DNA from: Botryllus schlosseri
Taxonomy: Eukaryota
NCBI GenBank assembly: GCA_051294905.1
Contig: CM119372.1
Span: 6,140,001 to 6,204,000, forward strand
DNA: 64,000 bases
Direction of reading: 5' to 3'
The notes below the pieces were generated by a model. That model was not told where the DNA came from. It did no database searches and was given only the letters and a program-made list of their open reading frames with translations. A program made the translations under genes and the position numbers. Positions 47,812-61,910 of the stretch are shown piece by piece. How positions within the stretch are numbered: position 1 is the stretch's first letter; each line of letters opens with the position of its first letter.

Positions 47812-49677
47812 TAATCATTGAAATTTTCACAATTTTCGTTCACTCATCCCTGACGACATCTGAGACAATGCCTTACTTGCCTCCCCTAACCCTACGTCAA
47901 TGACTTATCGCACCCTGCAGTGGGTATTAGGGCGGAGCATGGACCGGAGCCGGATTGGACATCCGGCCAGATTTTCTCATTTTTGTACCGATCCGGTTTC
48001 AGAGCTGGATCAGTACTTTTTACGAAGAATATGACAGCCTTACCCTCTTAAACCCGCGAATCAATAGTTAAAGTGAAACGGTTATGAAAATAAATCACAT
48101 GCTAAGTATAAGTTGGCATAATTATTTCATATCTGGGTTGGGTTTGATCTTTGAGTTTTTAATTTCTTATTTGAATTGTTTCAATCAATATTCAATACCA
48201 TCCTGTGAGTAGATACATAATATCGGAGTTTAACGGACCCGATCACGGTCATTTCTAGAATCCGGCCTTAGAGTCGGACCAGAGCTTTAAAAAACAAGAT
48301 CGGAGTATAGGACCAGATAATTTGTCGATTTATTCCGCACTAGTTGCTATGTAATGCTGTAGTGACCATGTTTGGCTCAACCTACGCATGTGGGCAAAGA
48401 CAATATGACGCACACTACGAATCCCATATATTAATAGTGCTACCAATTCGTCACTGATTTTCAATGGTGACGTAACATGTATGGCTCTTTGGCAGTTACA
48501 ATTGAAAATATCGGGCCAATATGGCTCTTTGGTCGGAAAAGGTTCTCGGCTCTTGGTGTATTATACGCTTAGATTGAAGATCATAGCACTTTCGAAGCAC
48601 CTAACCAAGTTATATCGAACGAAAATAAATATCATGTATGCTAGACCAGTGGTTCTCAACCTTTTTCACCTCGCGGACCGGTTAAATTTCAAAAAAATAT
48701 TTGGCGGACCGGTGGACCTTCAAAAATTCAAATCAACCCAAAATTTAAAGTATAAAACCGTTTATTTGCAAGTATGGTGCAAGTGAGACCTGGGCAAAGT
48801 GCGGCCAGCGGAGCTATTTTGAGCGGCCCGTGAAAAGATGCTTGGAATTCAAAACATAAAACCTACTTTTTAATGCTGCTGCGTGGACTAAAACCATAAG
48901 CTGTATACACTGAACCGACAATTCGTTTATTCCCAAGCCTGTTCATTAATATGCCACTATTACGCAGCCTATACGTACCTCGCATGCGTAACCAGATTCA
49001 AAATAATGCCAATGTAGCAAATTATGCCGTAACAATTAATGTCACAATAAGTTACCAAATCTTCCTTGTTGCTATTTTCACATCGCGCATTACACGGCCT
49101 GTGCTTAAAATTGTCACGTGATACGTTTCCAAATCTATAATGTGTCATCATCACCCATACAGGATAAACGGGCATGTCAAAAAAAGAATGCCGAAAGTTG
49201 AAATTCAAAGAAGGTTTGAAGAACTAAATATTTGTTTACTGATGTCTGGGGTAAACCCGTCTTTCTAGTAGTTAGTGCCGAGCAACTAACAACCTTTCTA
49301 GTACCCCACATACATTTTATTGTCTTATAGAAAAACGTGGATAGGGGTTTGAAGAGAGTTCACAATGTATCATGTCTAACATTGTTTCGAAATATGACGG
49401 CAAATAAATAATATCTCTGGTAATTAACGATCACATTCTGATTCCCTAATTTCGACGCATCCACTGAACAGCATTTATTCAGTGGAATTCACTGCTTTCA
49501 ATTTCGAAATAAAATTCATACGCTTGAGAATACAGCTAAAAATTTTTTGACTCGGACCGCCAACGTATTTTGTGCTTGTCATTTGGTCGCGGAGAAAAAT
49601 AATTGATCACCCCTGTCCTACGGAGTGACATTTTGAAGGTTTCGTTCCTTATCAAATATGTTCATTATGGGCTTAAT

Positions 49678-51122
49678 TATGGATGGTGTGAACGTGAGGT
49701 TCACGTTCGCGTTCTGTGTGTGAACCTCAGAAATCTAGAGGTTCACTTTCACAAACGAACCTTGGTAGGTTCTGCACTGTGAACCTTTTTCATATATTAC
49801 AATTTTTCACGTCATTGTAAAATCTTCCGTTGAAATTTATTACATCTCATCTGCGGGCAACAATGCTGCCTGCATAAAAAATCACCTGAAGACAAGCATA
49901 CACCTTGACAACCTCAAAAAATTTACTTGTTTTGTTACAAAAGTCTGCTCGAAAGACCCAGATTTCCGATTGCGAATATGTAGTGACTCTCTGCCGTGAG
50001 CTTGACCCGCAATCACACAACATCAAGTGCAAAACACGCAACATGTATATAGGTAGTCAGCGAATGGCGCTTATTCGACCAATCAATGAAATAGACATCG
50101 TTGTCTAATGTAAAAAATCTAGCAGGTGTACGGGCCCGCCTTGATTTAATATGTTTATTGTATCGTAAAAACCAAATCCGTGCGATTGGGGTGTTGGCTA
50201 CTGCCGTTTCACTTGTTTATGAGGTAATACCGGTAGCAAGGATAGAAACCCCTTTACACTCTGCTCAATATCAAGGTATAGCAATACTGAGACGTGGAAT
50301 ATATTGTTCGATCCGACCGTTAAGACGTAAGCTTATATTCCCTTGCAATTCCTCGTCGAAATTGTTGGCAAAGCGATTGATTTTACGGGATTATTATATC
50401 ATTTGGTTGTCCCAGTTGATTCATTTGGCGACGTTTAAAAAGTCAGTGTGTACTTCAGCATTATGGTACAATTTGGCCCGAGCAGTGGTGGCCCTACGAA
50501 CGGGGGAGGGGCCTGGGCGAGACTTACCCGGGGGCCCCTATAAGCATCTAACCGCAACTTCTGGGGGCTCCGCCCCCCAGACCCCCCTTTCGCGTCTCTT
50601 ATTATTATTATTATTATCTATCTTTCACCACGGTAAGGTTCGGACAAGTGCTGGATTCAGCCATGTCGATTATTGCACGTCTGCAAGGATAGACTACATC
50701 AAAGCTAAGTAATTCTACCGCATGCACAGACGTGATGATTATCGGGATACGGTAAAAATGCAGAGATTTGATGATGATTGACACATCTGTACGGAATCAT
50801 ATTCTTGCTTGGTACACGGATTTCCATGTTTATTCGTTATTATCCTTGAAAAAAGCGCATCATCCAAATAGGGGGGCCCTTCGACCAGGGGGGGCCCCGG
50901 GCGACCGCCCACCTCGCCCACCCCAAAAGCCACCACTGGGCCCGAGCCGTCACTATAGCTGTCGTGTCTGCACATTATATCACTTCACTGAAATGTAGGG
51001 TTATCATCAGTAATATGACGTCACGTGACGTCATGAGGTTCACGTTCGCGTTCAAACGGAACGTTTCAAAAAGGTTCGTGTTCACACGAACCTGAACCTT
51101 TCAGAAGTTCACACCATCCCTA
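49678..51122. mobile_element. hAT-like MITE, GTGAAC-repeat family, upstream of gene B
   Basis: TIR as at 36430; TSD GGCTTAAT/GGCCTAAT; contains the nested element 50483-50938. Confidence 0.88.
50483..50938. mobile_element. GC-rich-ended hAT-like MITE, nested
   Basis: TIR CAGTGGTGGC; perfect TSD GGCCCGAG. Confidence 0.88.
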
Positions 51123-52600
51123 GGCCTAATGTAATTTTACGCTATCGAGTCCGCTTAGATTAGATAAAATTGCCTTGCCCAGATAAACGAGCTATCGCCG
51201 AGATTCGATTACAGCGTTTCGTGCCGAAAGCCGTGGATAAGACCACAACAATTCGAATAATATTCTTCACTTCGACAATATCGAGATAATATGCGTTTTG
51301 GAGTCGGACCAAGAACATTATCGTGCCAACTTGGGTCATTACCACCAGACGTAATACGAATGAAATGAGCCGCACGAAAAACACCTGGCAATAGCGATAC
51401 CTGATCATCTCCAAAATGAATGATTCGAAAACGAGTGATCGTACAAACTGCGTGGTTTAGCAAGTCAGCTCATACTTGTCGCTCGCATATTGTCATCGGA
51501 GACGGCTTGATCTTAAAGTCAAATCGAACATGTTTCCATGCCTAATGTTGCCCCTCGAAGTTCTGAATCTCTTCAAAAGTTGATGTTTCATCAATTTTAT
51601 CAATCGACAAGCCTTCAACATCTTGCATCTTGAAATTAAGGTATAAAATTTGAATATAGTCTGCAGACCGGCAGAGAAGTCGTCGCGGACCGGCGGTTGA
51701 GAACCACTGTACTAGACATTTACCAGCAACTGGTAAGCAAGGCTCTAGTGCAGGGGTGTCAAACATACGGCCCGCCAGACGATTTCGTCCGGCCCACGGA
51801 TAAATTCTGAGTAAATGGGGAAATTCTTGTATTATCCAGCACAGTTTTAACAAATTTTTAGGTTTTAGTAAGAAATACTTCCGTTGAATAATCGTTGGAG
51901 ATAACAAATGTTGAGTTAAGTTAATAGGCCACATTATAATAACCATACGACAGCGGTAATATGGTTTCACTCCAGTCACCGTTAGGAATCAAATTACTGA
52001 GTTTAACACCCAATTCCGAAAAGTAGTTCTTCTCAGAATCGAAAAGGCCAATGCGAAACCGTTATGTGCAGGCTACATTGAGAATAAATTCGTCACAAAA
52101 GTATGATTCAAATGTTGTCGCACCTCTGTATCAGTTTTTACGCAAAAGGTTGCTGGTATTCACATAAACCCGAATCGCGAAATAATACTGATGAACCATA
52201 TTACAACGTGCGCAGATATTAGAGTTAAATCTCTTGTGGACCGGACCGGACATGACGACATATTGGAGATTAGAGTATAATAAGGCAAAGTACATGATTA
52301 TATAGTTCGTATCTATCAATTTCAAAACATTTTCTGAAAGACGCTGTTTGGCCTTATCACTACCAAAAGGGAAACATCGCATTGACAATATTGGCATTGG
52401 CTATCCCTTCCGATTCAATGCCCTATTCACACAAATCATAATGAATAATTATACCGTTCCTTTTCTTTTCTACGAACTAATAAAGGTAGGCACACCCCAA
52501 CCCTCTTCACGAGACTCGAACCGCGTCGAAGGACTAATAAATACATAACTAGGCCATAAGAATATTATAAAGATAGACGTGTGGTAAGGGAATACAAAAT

Positions 52601-52703
52601 ATGAAGTTGTTGATTTTGCTAGCGATTATTTCCGGCTATTTCGTGGTTCCGTCAACTTCGCAAGCCACATGTACCGTATGCGACTGGGGAATGATTGGGT
52701 TGA
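52601..52703 (+). CDS. Gene B exon 1 (MKLLILLAIISGYFVVPSTSQATCTVCDWGMIGL)
   Basis: Colinear with 13828-13930; donor A|gtaagt. Confidence 0.83.
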
Positions 52704-55700
52704 GTAAGTTATATTTCGATTTGTATTTTATTTATTCAATGTGCTTAGCAGTGAAAAGCTTTTATATATATTAACATAAACGAGAATTTTTCTCCAGGGA
52801 CACAGTTATATGAACGCTCAGTATGTGTTATAAGATGCTGTGTATGAATCTGAAAGGGGAGTGATGCCTACGGGAATCTTTCAACTCATTTTGCTGAACG
52901 TTAGATAGACGCAATAGTGTTTGTCAAATTATTTTTAACACATTTTTATGTAATTAAAACGATAATCCCTTGGGAGTCAAAACAGATATACGGAGATAAA
53001 GGGTCATGAACTCATATTGGCATGGTCACATTGCCGAGTATTGTGAAAAAAAATATATACATTCATTATTTTAGTAGATTTTCATTACAAAACCCAGGAA
53101 TATCTAGATATCCCTGACAAAGCCATACAGGGCTGACTAAACTAAAATTGTAAGAACAATTTCAAGTCATCGGTGTCGATGAATGCATCGTGTTTTTTAT
53201 CCTTCAATTCTGTATATGTCCGCGACACGATTTCAAAATTAATAATCACTTGGTTTTCGACAATCTGCGGTATTGCGGATCGGAGGATTTTGCTGAAGTA
53301 GCAGTGAAATTGTCACATGATAAGGAATATGTTATATGCTATACCTTCCGACCACTTATTGGCGAATTTGAAGTAGCCTATATGTTTTTAAACAAGATAA
53401 AGCCCTATACACAGTATCCAATGGATACTATCCATTCATTTGATATGTGGTATCATTCCCAGAACTATATTTTCATCCTTTATTTTGCTATGTTGCAGGT
53501 GACGGATCTACTGTATTGAAACGTTTCGCAGACGACGAAGCCAGTGCCAACACCGCATGGGATAATATGATATCGTTTGGTTTAACCGGTAAGGTATCCA
53601 CCCTTTACTCCCAAAAATCGGTGGACTTCAACTATTTTTCGAATGGCGTAGCACTTCTAGGATAGTTGGTGAATATTCATAATCAGATTTATAAGAAGCA
53701 CTCGAATAGAGCCAATTGAAAATATGTAGTAACGATAACCCGTGTTTGTATATGAATACAAGCAAGAACTGACCAAAAGGTATTTGTAACATCAGAGTGT
53801 AAGTGCACTCAGGACGGCATTTTTTTTATAATAATGGCGTGGCGTCAAGAATATACATAATCACGTTTTGAAATATATGACGTCAAGTTGGGAATTTAGA
53901 CGGGTATTGACGCTTTTACCCTTAGTGGTCCTCGATGTAGTTTTAGGGCAGTAGTCGCGAACCTATGACTCGCCAGCCATATATGGCTCTTTCGGGTATA
54001 AAATATGGCGCTTTGACAAATTTTGTTCTCAATTTAGCAATATCGCGGCAATTTGTTAGTAAATTTTCATGACGGCCAGAATAATTATTTTCGTGGTAGC
54101 ATAAACAATAAATACTTCCTTGAATGGGGAAGACAGTAGAGTATCCAGCGTCAGGGGCTCATACCACCTTTCAAAATTCAAGTTGTTGCTGTTGCCACCG
54201 GCGACTAATACCACTCGGGCATTCGATCTACCCGCCTTCGCGCGCCTCGAAATCTTGGATTGTACGAAACCTTGATTGATCAGAGAGAATAGCAGACAAG
54301 GCGACGCTTCTAAGACAATGCAGTTTTCAAATACACATTGTCTTTCTGATCGACGCCGAGAAATAAACTGCCTTGGAAGTGACATTCACAATTACAAATT
54401 CAAATTCAAAACACCGTCATGGCTATCTATGTTCTTGTTTGGTAAGCTTTCTAGCACCGCCGTAAAAATGTAGGTATGTAGCGCAACGTGAAGTTACGCC
54501 GAATGCTTCAGAAGTCGATCAATAGTTAGATTTTCGGAATCTGCGCGACAATTACATATGATTAATATCAGTGATTATATCAGTTCTAAGCTATTTACGA
54601 TGAGTTGCGCTATCATAGGTCAGGCTTGGCCCGTCTGTGCCTCATCTGTGCCTCACCTCTCCTTTCGCACTATATTCTCAATTCAATTAAATTTATGCTA
54701 GTAATTTCATCATTTCAATACACCACAAGACTGCGATACAATGAAAGATAGGAAAGTATCAAAACGACTTGCAGCAGTCTTCGAAATCAGACACCCACCT
54801 GGCCTAGACGAGATAATAAAGGAGGTATGCACACTGAATGAAAAGTAAAAGAAGACAATATAAAAGGACCGGCGATTTTCGGAATAAAAAAGTTCAAAAT
54901 CAAGTCATCCATAAACATCGATAGAAAATACCAAATCATTGAAGGTTTCACAATTTTCCTTCACTTATCCATGACGGCATGTGAAGCACCGCCTCACTTG
55001 CCTCCCCTTACCCACGTCACTGACCTATCACACCCTGCAATGTGAAAGGACTGCATGTGACGGCTCCACCTACGCATGGTGGGCAGAAAAATATGGCGCA
55101 CACTACAAGTCCCATATATTAGTGCTGCCCATACGTCAGGACTTTTCTACTGTGACGCAATATTTGATTGACATGTATGGCTCTTTGGAAGTTACAATTG
55201 AAAATATTGGGCCAATATGGCTCTTCGGTCGAAAAAGGTTCCCGACCCCGGATTTAAGGGGTCCGCCAAAGAGCAATACGTCGTCAAGAAACTACAAAAC
55301 CAAATTATCCTTTGAGAATAGCTTAAATAGAGTTATCCTTGATGTGATTTCCTTCCTACAAAACTCGAAGGGGTCCGCGATCAAATAAATTTAAGAACCC
55401 CTGTAGTATAGTGTTATGTTAAAACCAGGGCCGCGGAGTCGGTAAACTTTACCACCGACTCCGGCTCCGACTCCGACTCCACACATTTTCAATATACCGA
55501 CTCCGACTCCGACTCCGGAGTCTTTAAACGTACCGACTCCGACTCCGACTCCGACCCCTGGGTCTTTAAACGTACCGACTCCGACTCTACCATGATTATC
55601 AATTTACTTCGAAAATTATAAGCCACATTGTCGGTTTAATGACTATCATACAACCATTAAACATATGCAAACATATGATTAACGGTGGCATGCTAAATTG

Positions 55701-58300
55701 TTTCATTGCGGCACAGCTCGAATTATCCACTATGCAGTTAACATGAAAGAAAAATTTGCTAAATATCCTTCTATGTTCAAGTTTTTATAACATGAACTCT
55801 CTAATATCCTGAAATGTATGAATCATTCAAATATGGCAGATATCCCATCCTGTATAATAAAAATGTAGATAAAAAATCCAAGTGTAGCTCTTGTGTATGA
55901 GTCAGCAACTAATAAAGAGATTGAACTTACTAATTTTGTCATTGCACACTATCCTGATTACAAGCACACACACTCTTACTACTAGTGGAATTTAGTTAAG
56001 TAGTCAAAGACCATAATAGCCTATGTCTAGTCTACAGATACTTAATCAAGTATTCAAGTATTGGGACTTGCAGTCTCTCTTAATCATTTGTTCGACCCAA
56101 GCAGCTAAGCTACACTATAAATATTTTTTATTTTGTCAAGTGGGAAGCATAGTTTGGTCATATTTACATCATTTTTACAATTTTACAAAACCAGCCGATG
56201 CATTTGCTCTGTCACAGTATCAGGGTATAATTCCAAAAATTGCATCAATTTTGACTGCATCGCGAAAACGCATATTGCGATTTTCTTCCCCTGTGCAACT
56301 GAGTTGTAATGTCTAATTTTATCTATATCAGGGGTGGGCAACTTTTTCGGCCAAAGGGACACATGAGATTTACGAACCATTGCGCGGGCAACTGGAATGC
56401 TGATAACCTTTTTTTAGTCGTCCGATAGGAGCGAACCGAATTAGGTAACATTGCAAACAAGACTTATATTAATACGCTCTAAAATTGATACCAATATGTC
56501 ATGCAACTGTGCATCGCAATCAGGCCCTGGTCGCCCGAAGCGCGGATTTTTTTTGCAAGATAATGACTGAATTATATCAATAAATATGTTGCTAACATAC
56601 ATTGGGGGGTAGCATCTGTATACCACTGGGCTCATTTGGCAAGGACAGGATTATTCGACGTTTAGACATAGCAAAATCGACGGTATCAGTGAACATGCCC
56701 CTATCATTTTGTGCAAATGTATGTCGACGATCTCGCTACGAGTGCACAAGCGAAGTCGCATGTTGGACAACACGTTATCTCCTAATTGCGAATATAGTTA
56801 GACTCAATTCTGTGAATAATATGTATTTATAATTTTCAGAAGGGGGCTCAAATACTGAATGCAAGAAATCTAGTGACAATGAATCATGCGAAGTAACGAG
56901 AAAAATTTCAAGAAAATCTGCTATAAAATATGCTACTTTATGGTCATATACGCCTTGATACGTCAATACGTCAGAACTGCTGTTTTAGTCATCATCAAAT
57001 TTCGGGGTCATGCTAATCAAATTTTGGTTGGCGTTGCAATTGTAGCTGATGTCATAAATAATTTCGAGAATTACCTCGCAGGCCACACCTAACCTTCTCA
57101 TGGGCCAAGTTTGGCCTGCGTGCCATGGCTGGCCGCACCTGATCTGTATGGTTATTAATAACAGTGATTGGTGATACATAAAAATTCTATTGAAAATTCT
57201 TTGAAAGCAAATGTTTTCATGATAGAGAAGTTGGAGTCGTATTCGGAGTCGAAGTCAGGGTCATTCTCACAAACTCCGATTCCGACTCCGGTTAGTATTC
57301 TCCCCACGACTCCGACTCCGACTCCAGCTATTATAGTTTTCACGACTCCGACTCCGACTCCACCGACTCCGACTCCGACTCCACAGCCCTGGTTAAAACA
57401 CTTTGTTAATCCGCAGTTTTTTTATACCAGCTGTGACAGCGGACGAAGCTTGCAATGCTCACAACGCGTGCGGGGACAATTCAACTTGCACAAGTCGCAC
57501 GACCAACTATTTCCTATGTGAATGCGATTTATCTTTCTCCCCAAAGAGAACGAGCAATGAGTTCAATTGCGCGGGTATGTCTATAGAATTGAAGGTTCCC
57601 CATCGAAATGAATAAGGAACTGGTATTTGATTTAAGACTGAGGGCCTGCGACCTATGTAAAGCAGGTTATTAATCAATTATATCTTTGAAGTAGACACTG
57701 ACGAATGTGACTTGGCCACGCATAATTGCTCCAGCAACGCAACATGCAACAACAAAAGTCCGGGTTTCGATTGTACGTGTAACACTGGGTACACCGGGAA
57801 TGGAACTTACTGCGAAGGTAAGCTGAGGTGACATGGGCCATAACTTATTATGGCTATCAAAGTACACTTTATAGAATCCTCGTCTTTAGGGCACGTCAGG
57901 CGAGTCTTTGCTGATATAATAATTACTACAATAATACTAAAAATTGCCCAAGCAAACTGGCACATGTAAAGTGATTGGTATTATTCCACAAAAAGCCGAT
58001 GGAAGACTGTAATTCAATCTTCCCCAAACAGAACGAGCGTGAACTTCAATTGTGCGGGTATGTCAATAGAATTGTATGTTCTCTCTCAAAATGAACAAGG
58101 AACTGTTCATTGGTTTGAACCTGAGGGCCTGAGACCTTCGTAGAGCAGGATACTAATAAATTATATCTGTGATGTAGACACTGACGAATGTGACTTGGCC
58201 ACGCATAATTGCTCCAACAACGCCACATGCTACAACACAAGTCCTGGTTTCGATTGTACGTGTAACACTGGGTACACAGCGAATGGAACTTCTTGCGAAG
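52601..58300 (+). CDS. Gene B: tandem paralogue of gene A (signal peptide, EGF, 2 cbEGF seen; 3' exons not found in the window)
   Basis: Join 52601-52703, 53499-53588, 57431-57574, 57695-57817, 58178-58300. Same exon lengths, phases and splice sites as gene A, with an open frame. Confidence 0.82.
53499..53588 (+). CDS. Gene B exon 2 (SDGSTVLKRFADDEASANTAWDNMISFGLT)
   Basis: Colinear with 19647-19736; splice sites intact. Confidence 0.75.
55426..57391. mobile_element. hAT-like element with (CCGACT)n subterminal arrays, specific to gene B
   Basis: TIR CAGGGC(C/T)G(C/T)GGAGTCGG; perfect TSD GTTAAAAC; empty site in gene A at about 21419-21426; nested MITE 56329-57141 (TSD ATCTATAT/ATCTGTAT). 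Confidence 0.9.
57431..57574 (+). CDS. Gene B exon 3: EGF-like domain
   Basis: AVTADEACNAHNACGDNSTCTSRTTNYFLCECDLSFSPKRTSNEFNCA; 144 nt; splice sites intact. Confidence 0.9.
57695..57817 (+). CDS. Gene B cbEGF exon 1 (DTDECDLATHNCSSNATCNNKSPGFDCTCNTGYTGNGTYCE)
   Basis: cbEGF consensus; 123 nt; AG and GT intact. Confidence 0.92.
58178..58300 (+). CDS. Gene B cbEGF exon 2 (DTDECDLATHNCSNNATCYNTSPGFDCTCNTGYTANGTSCE)
   Basis: cbEGF consensus; 123 nt; AG and GT intact. Confidence 0.92.
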
Positions 58301-61300
58301 GTAAGCTGAGCAGAGCCGGACCATCATTTATCATGATTTTAGTATCTATTAACTGCACTATACAGTATCCTCGTATTTAATGCAAGTCGGATGAGGATTT
58401 ACTCATATATAATATTATTTATTGTAATAATACTAAAAATTACTTGTAAACTGGTACATGTGAATGCACCTATACATCATCTGGTAATATTCCACAAAAT
58501 GCCGGTGAAAGATTGCAATTCCTGTTTGATTTTGGCATATTCATCAAAAGGTAATACCAGATGAATATTTGTCAACTCTCAACGCATCGTTTAGGCCGGG
58601 CTGTGGAGTCAGTAGATTTTACCACCGACTCCGGACATTTCCATTATATCAACTCCTGATCCGACTCCGACTCCACACATTTTCTATATACCGACTCCAA
58701 ATCCGACTCCGACTCCGACTCCAACTGCATTACCAATTTCCTCCGAAAATGATGTGCCACGGCGACGGTTAAATGACCATCACCATATCATATAACCATT
58801 AAACATATGCAAACATACGATTAATGATGGGATGCGAAATTGTTTCATTGTGGCACAGAATTATTCATTATGCAATTAACATGGAAGAATGCCTTTCTGA
58901 ATATCCTTCCCTTTTATTTTCTATGTTTTTATACCGTACGCTCTGATTCCTTAATATGTTTGAATCATTCAACGATGACATAGATCCAATCCTGTATCAT
59001 TCATATGTAGATATAACAATCGAATTGTAGCTTTTGTGTATGAGTCAGCAACTAATGCAGAGATTTAGCTTACTAATTTTCTCATTACATACTATACTGA
59101 TTACAAGCACACACAAACTCACTACTAGAAAACATTGGTCAGAAACGAAATTTAGAAAACAGTCTAATAGCTTATGTCTCTCCATGCACTTAGTGAAGTA
59201 TTCAAGGTCTAGGACTTGCAGTCTTTCTCAATAATTTGTTCGACCCAAGCAGCTGAGCTACACTGCAAATATTTTTTTAAATTTTGTCAAGTGGGAAGCA
59301 GCGTTTGGTTCTATTTAATTCAATTGAACAATTTTACAAAACCACACGATGTATTTAATTTGTCACATTATCATGGTATAATTCCAAATATTTAATCAAT
59401 TTGTGACTGCATCGCGAAGATGCTTATTGCGATTTTCTTCCTTTGTGCCAGTGGTTCTCAAATGGGCTTCCGCGGACCCCAGGGATCCGTGAAGCATTTC
59501 CAGAGGGTCCGCGAAGCCTCTAAATTTGTAAAATGAATGAAAACCCACTTTTTATATTTTTTCAATTATGAAAAGCATGAGCCAGTTTCGTTTCATAATA
59601 ACTAAATCGTTAGGACTCACATCATTGACATGGTCGTCTGAGATGAAATATCCGACTGTGCAAACTCATGTTAATTGTCAAATTGCCAATTACTTGCTGA
59701 TGCAACATGTTGCTGTTTAGAGTTGTTTTGTTTAGTTTTGTGAAAAAATGACATGTCGGAGATGCGATTTGGAGTTGTCAGTCTCAGCAAATTAGGTAAC
59801 TGTCGTTTGAAATATAAATTTCTGAATTTTTTTCCGAATCCGTCCCAATGAAGGAATTGATTACTCGCCTCGAAATCCATTTTCTTCTGTTATATAACCA
59901 CTACATAACTTCAACATGAGATGACAGATAGAAATGAATATAGGCTGGACGTGATATGTTCATTGAAATCTCACACCAAAAGCTGTCGTCGGACGCGTTA
60001 CGCGTTAATATTACATTCGCCACCAATATATATTTGTGGAAATGAATTGTCGGCACTAATCAATATCAAATCGAAGACGTTGATTTTCATACAGCTGGAA
60101 AATTCCCTTCGAAATAATAAAAATCTACCCAATTTTTACATATAGTGTGATGTTATTTTCACGAAAAGTCATTTTGTGGCTGTTTATCACTAGTCTACAT
60201 TCACAATTTGCACAAGACAGTTGACGGTTGACAGTTGAGGGGGTCCGCGGGAGTGAGTCACAGTCCAAACAGGGTCCGCGAAGACAAAAAGGTTGAGAAC
60301 AACCACTGCTTTATGGCACTGAATTGCAATTTGCAAATAATGTCCAATATTATCAATGTCGGTAATAATCAAACGTTGGGTAATCGTGATTAGTAATCGT
60401 AATCGATTGCGACGAATACAGCATTTTCAAGTAATCGTAATCGCAATCGATTACATTCGAAAAAAATCCAAAGTCATCGAAATCGTAATCGAATATTTCA
60501 CACATCTAATCGATTTCTTTGTGAAAGAACGATTTCTTTTCATTTGTGCAAGGATTATAATGACATGGACTGAACAGCGAACATACTTGAACAATGAAAA
60601 GGGCGATGGTTATACCAGGTTACTGATGGCAGAAACGTCGGATTATCAGATTCAACTGCCCATTTTTATGTCACAAGTATTGGCTTTGCTCGTCATTGCG
60701 CAACGAATTATCCACACGTAGTGAATGGATATTCGATGTACATGTAATTGTGTGATTGTATGAAGACCAGCCATGCCTTATATCAGATTATCAATACACT
60801 CAGAAGCCATTACCTCGCAGCAGGATAATAATCATAAATTTGCCTGGTTTCAAATAGTAACGCATGTATTGATGTTTGGTTATGCTAAGTTAAATTCAGT
60901 TTGACTGTTGCTGCTTGAGGAGCAGTAGGCCTATTTACGTTCACTGAACAAAGATTTGAAATTTTGGACTCGTCAAATTGAAGATGACAATTTCCACATC
61001 GAAGAATTAAATATTAATCGCTGCTGATATAGATCATAACGGAGCCGTTATTTGCCGTCACTCGTAACGGCAGTTCACAATATCTGAATTTTATGCCGAA
61101 TTTTAAGTCCACTTTATCTTATTTTCATATGGCCCTACTTGAAACGGGCACCAATCGTTATTTCGCAATTCTTTACCTAACATTTGAATCTGCCGCCATA
61201 GCTAGCCGCTTGTATACACCCTGCTAGCGTGGATTGCAGCAAGAATCAGGACCGAAACAGTACTTTGTACCCAAAATGCTAGTCTCGGGCCCCTACAGAT

Positions 61301-61910
61301 GATAAATCAAACTTCCGGCGAACGAAGTCCCCTTGCCTCCCCCTTTACAACCGGGTTTTTAGTCACAACTGGAAGACACGTTGTGATGCGATGTGGATCC
61401 GCTGTGTATTTGCTTTCCAGTCGTGCCAAGCGCAAGAAATATTTCAAGTTCATGACTGAATTTCGTCTATAGCAGGGCTCTTCAACCGGGTGTTTGGTAC
61501 ACCCTGGGGTGTACCAAAATTTTCAAAGGGTGTACCACTCAGATGGGGTGTACTGGGGTGTACTAGACCCGCATTTGAATGGCCCAATGACTAGCTATCA
61601 CAATAAATAGGCAAGTTTATACCTCAGAACATGTTGACCGACTGTGCAATATAGCACAATGTTCACACCAGCTGTACGCAGCTTGTAAATTACATTCCTT
61701 TTGTGATATCATAAGCAAATGGTCTACTCATCATTAAAATGTTGGTAATGCATCGATTTTGAGAAACACTGTGCTAGGTGGTAGTACGGTAAGTTGGAGC
61801 CTTGATTGGTATTTAGCATTCCCAATACGTTACAGGCGGCTTGTTCATCCATATTTCAACAGGCCAGAGGTAGAATCCTGCAGGGGTACGGTCGCATGCA
61901 GCCGTTAAAC

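Larger units (their letters stand above)
45231..48646 (+). pseudogene. Decayed Gypsy-like gag N-terminus, interrupted by nested transposons
   Basis: KVFNHWCKMLTSF...DKLAILTDYISPSVY, then the insertion 45407-48555, then ...LTKLYRTKINIMYAR. This resembles the recalled gag pattern HW..KL..L...SP.VY..LY....N...AR. Confidence 0.55.
51005..60075 (+). repeat. Segmental duplication homologous to about 12971-24097 (upstream region, exons 1-5 and introns)
   Basis: Long colinear near-identity (e.g. 13080-14543 vs 51850-53342; 19526-21420 vs 53343-55420), interrupted by copy-specific TE insertions. Confidence 0.92.

Noticed and set aside
50101..50712. 203-aa ORF
   Set aside because: Crosses a MITE, a nested MITE and a (TTA)n tract; not open in sister MITE copies.
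53190..53519. 109-aa ORF in gene B intron 1
   Set aside because: The equivalent region in gene A is frameshifted and split by the 5-kb insertion; no domain signal.
57168..57521. PTPTPT-rich ORF as a mucin exon (also 22593-22784)
   Set aside because: It is the translation of (CCGACT)n subterminal arrays of a TSD-flanked transposon.
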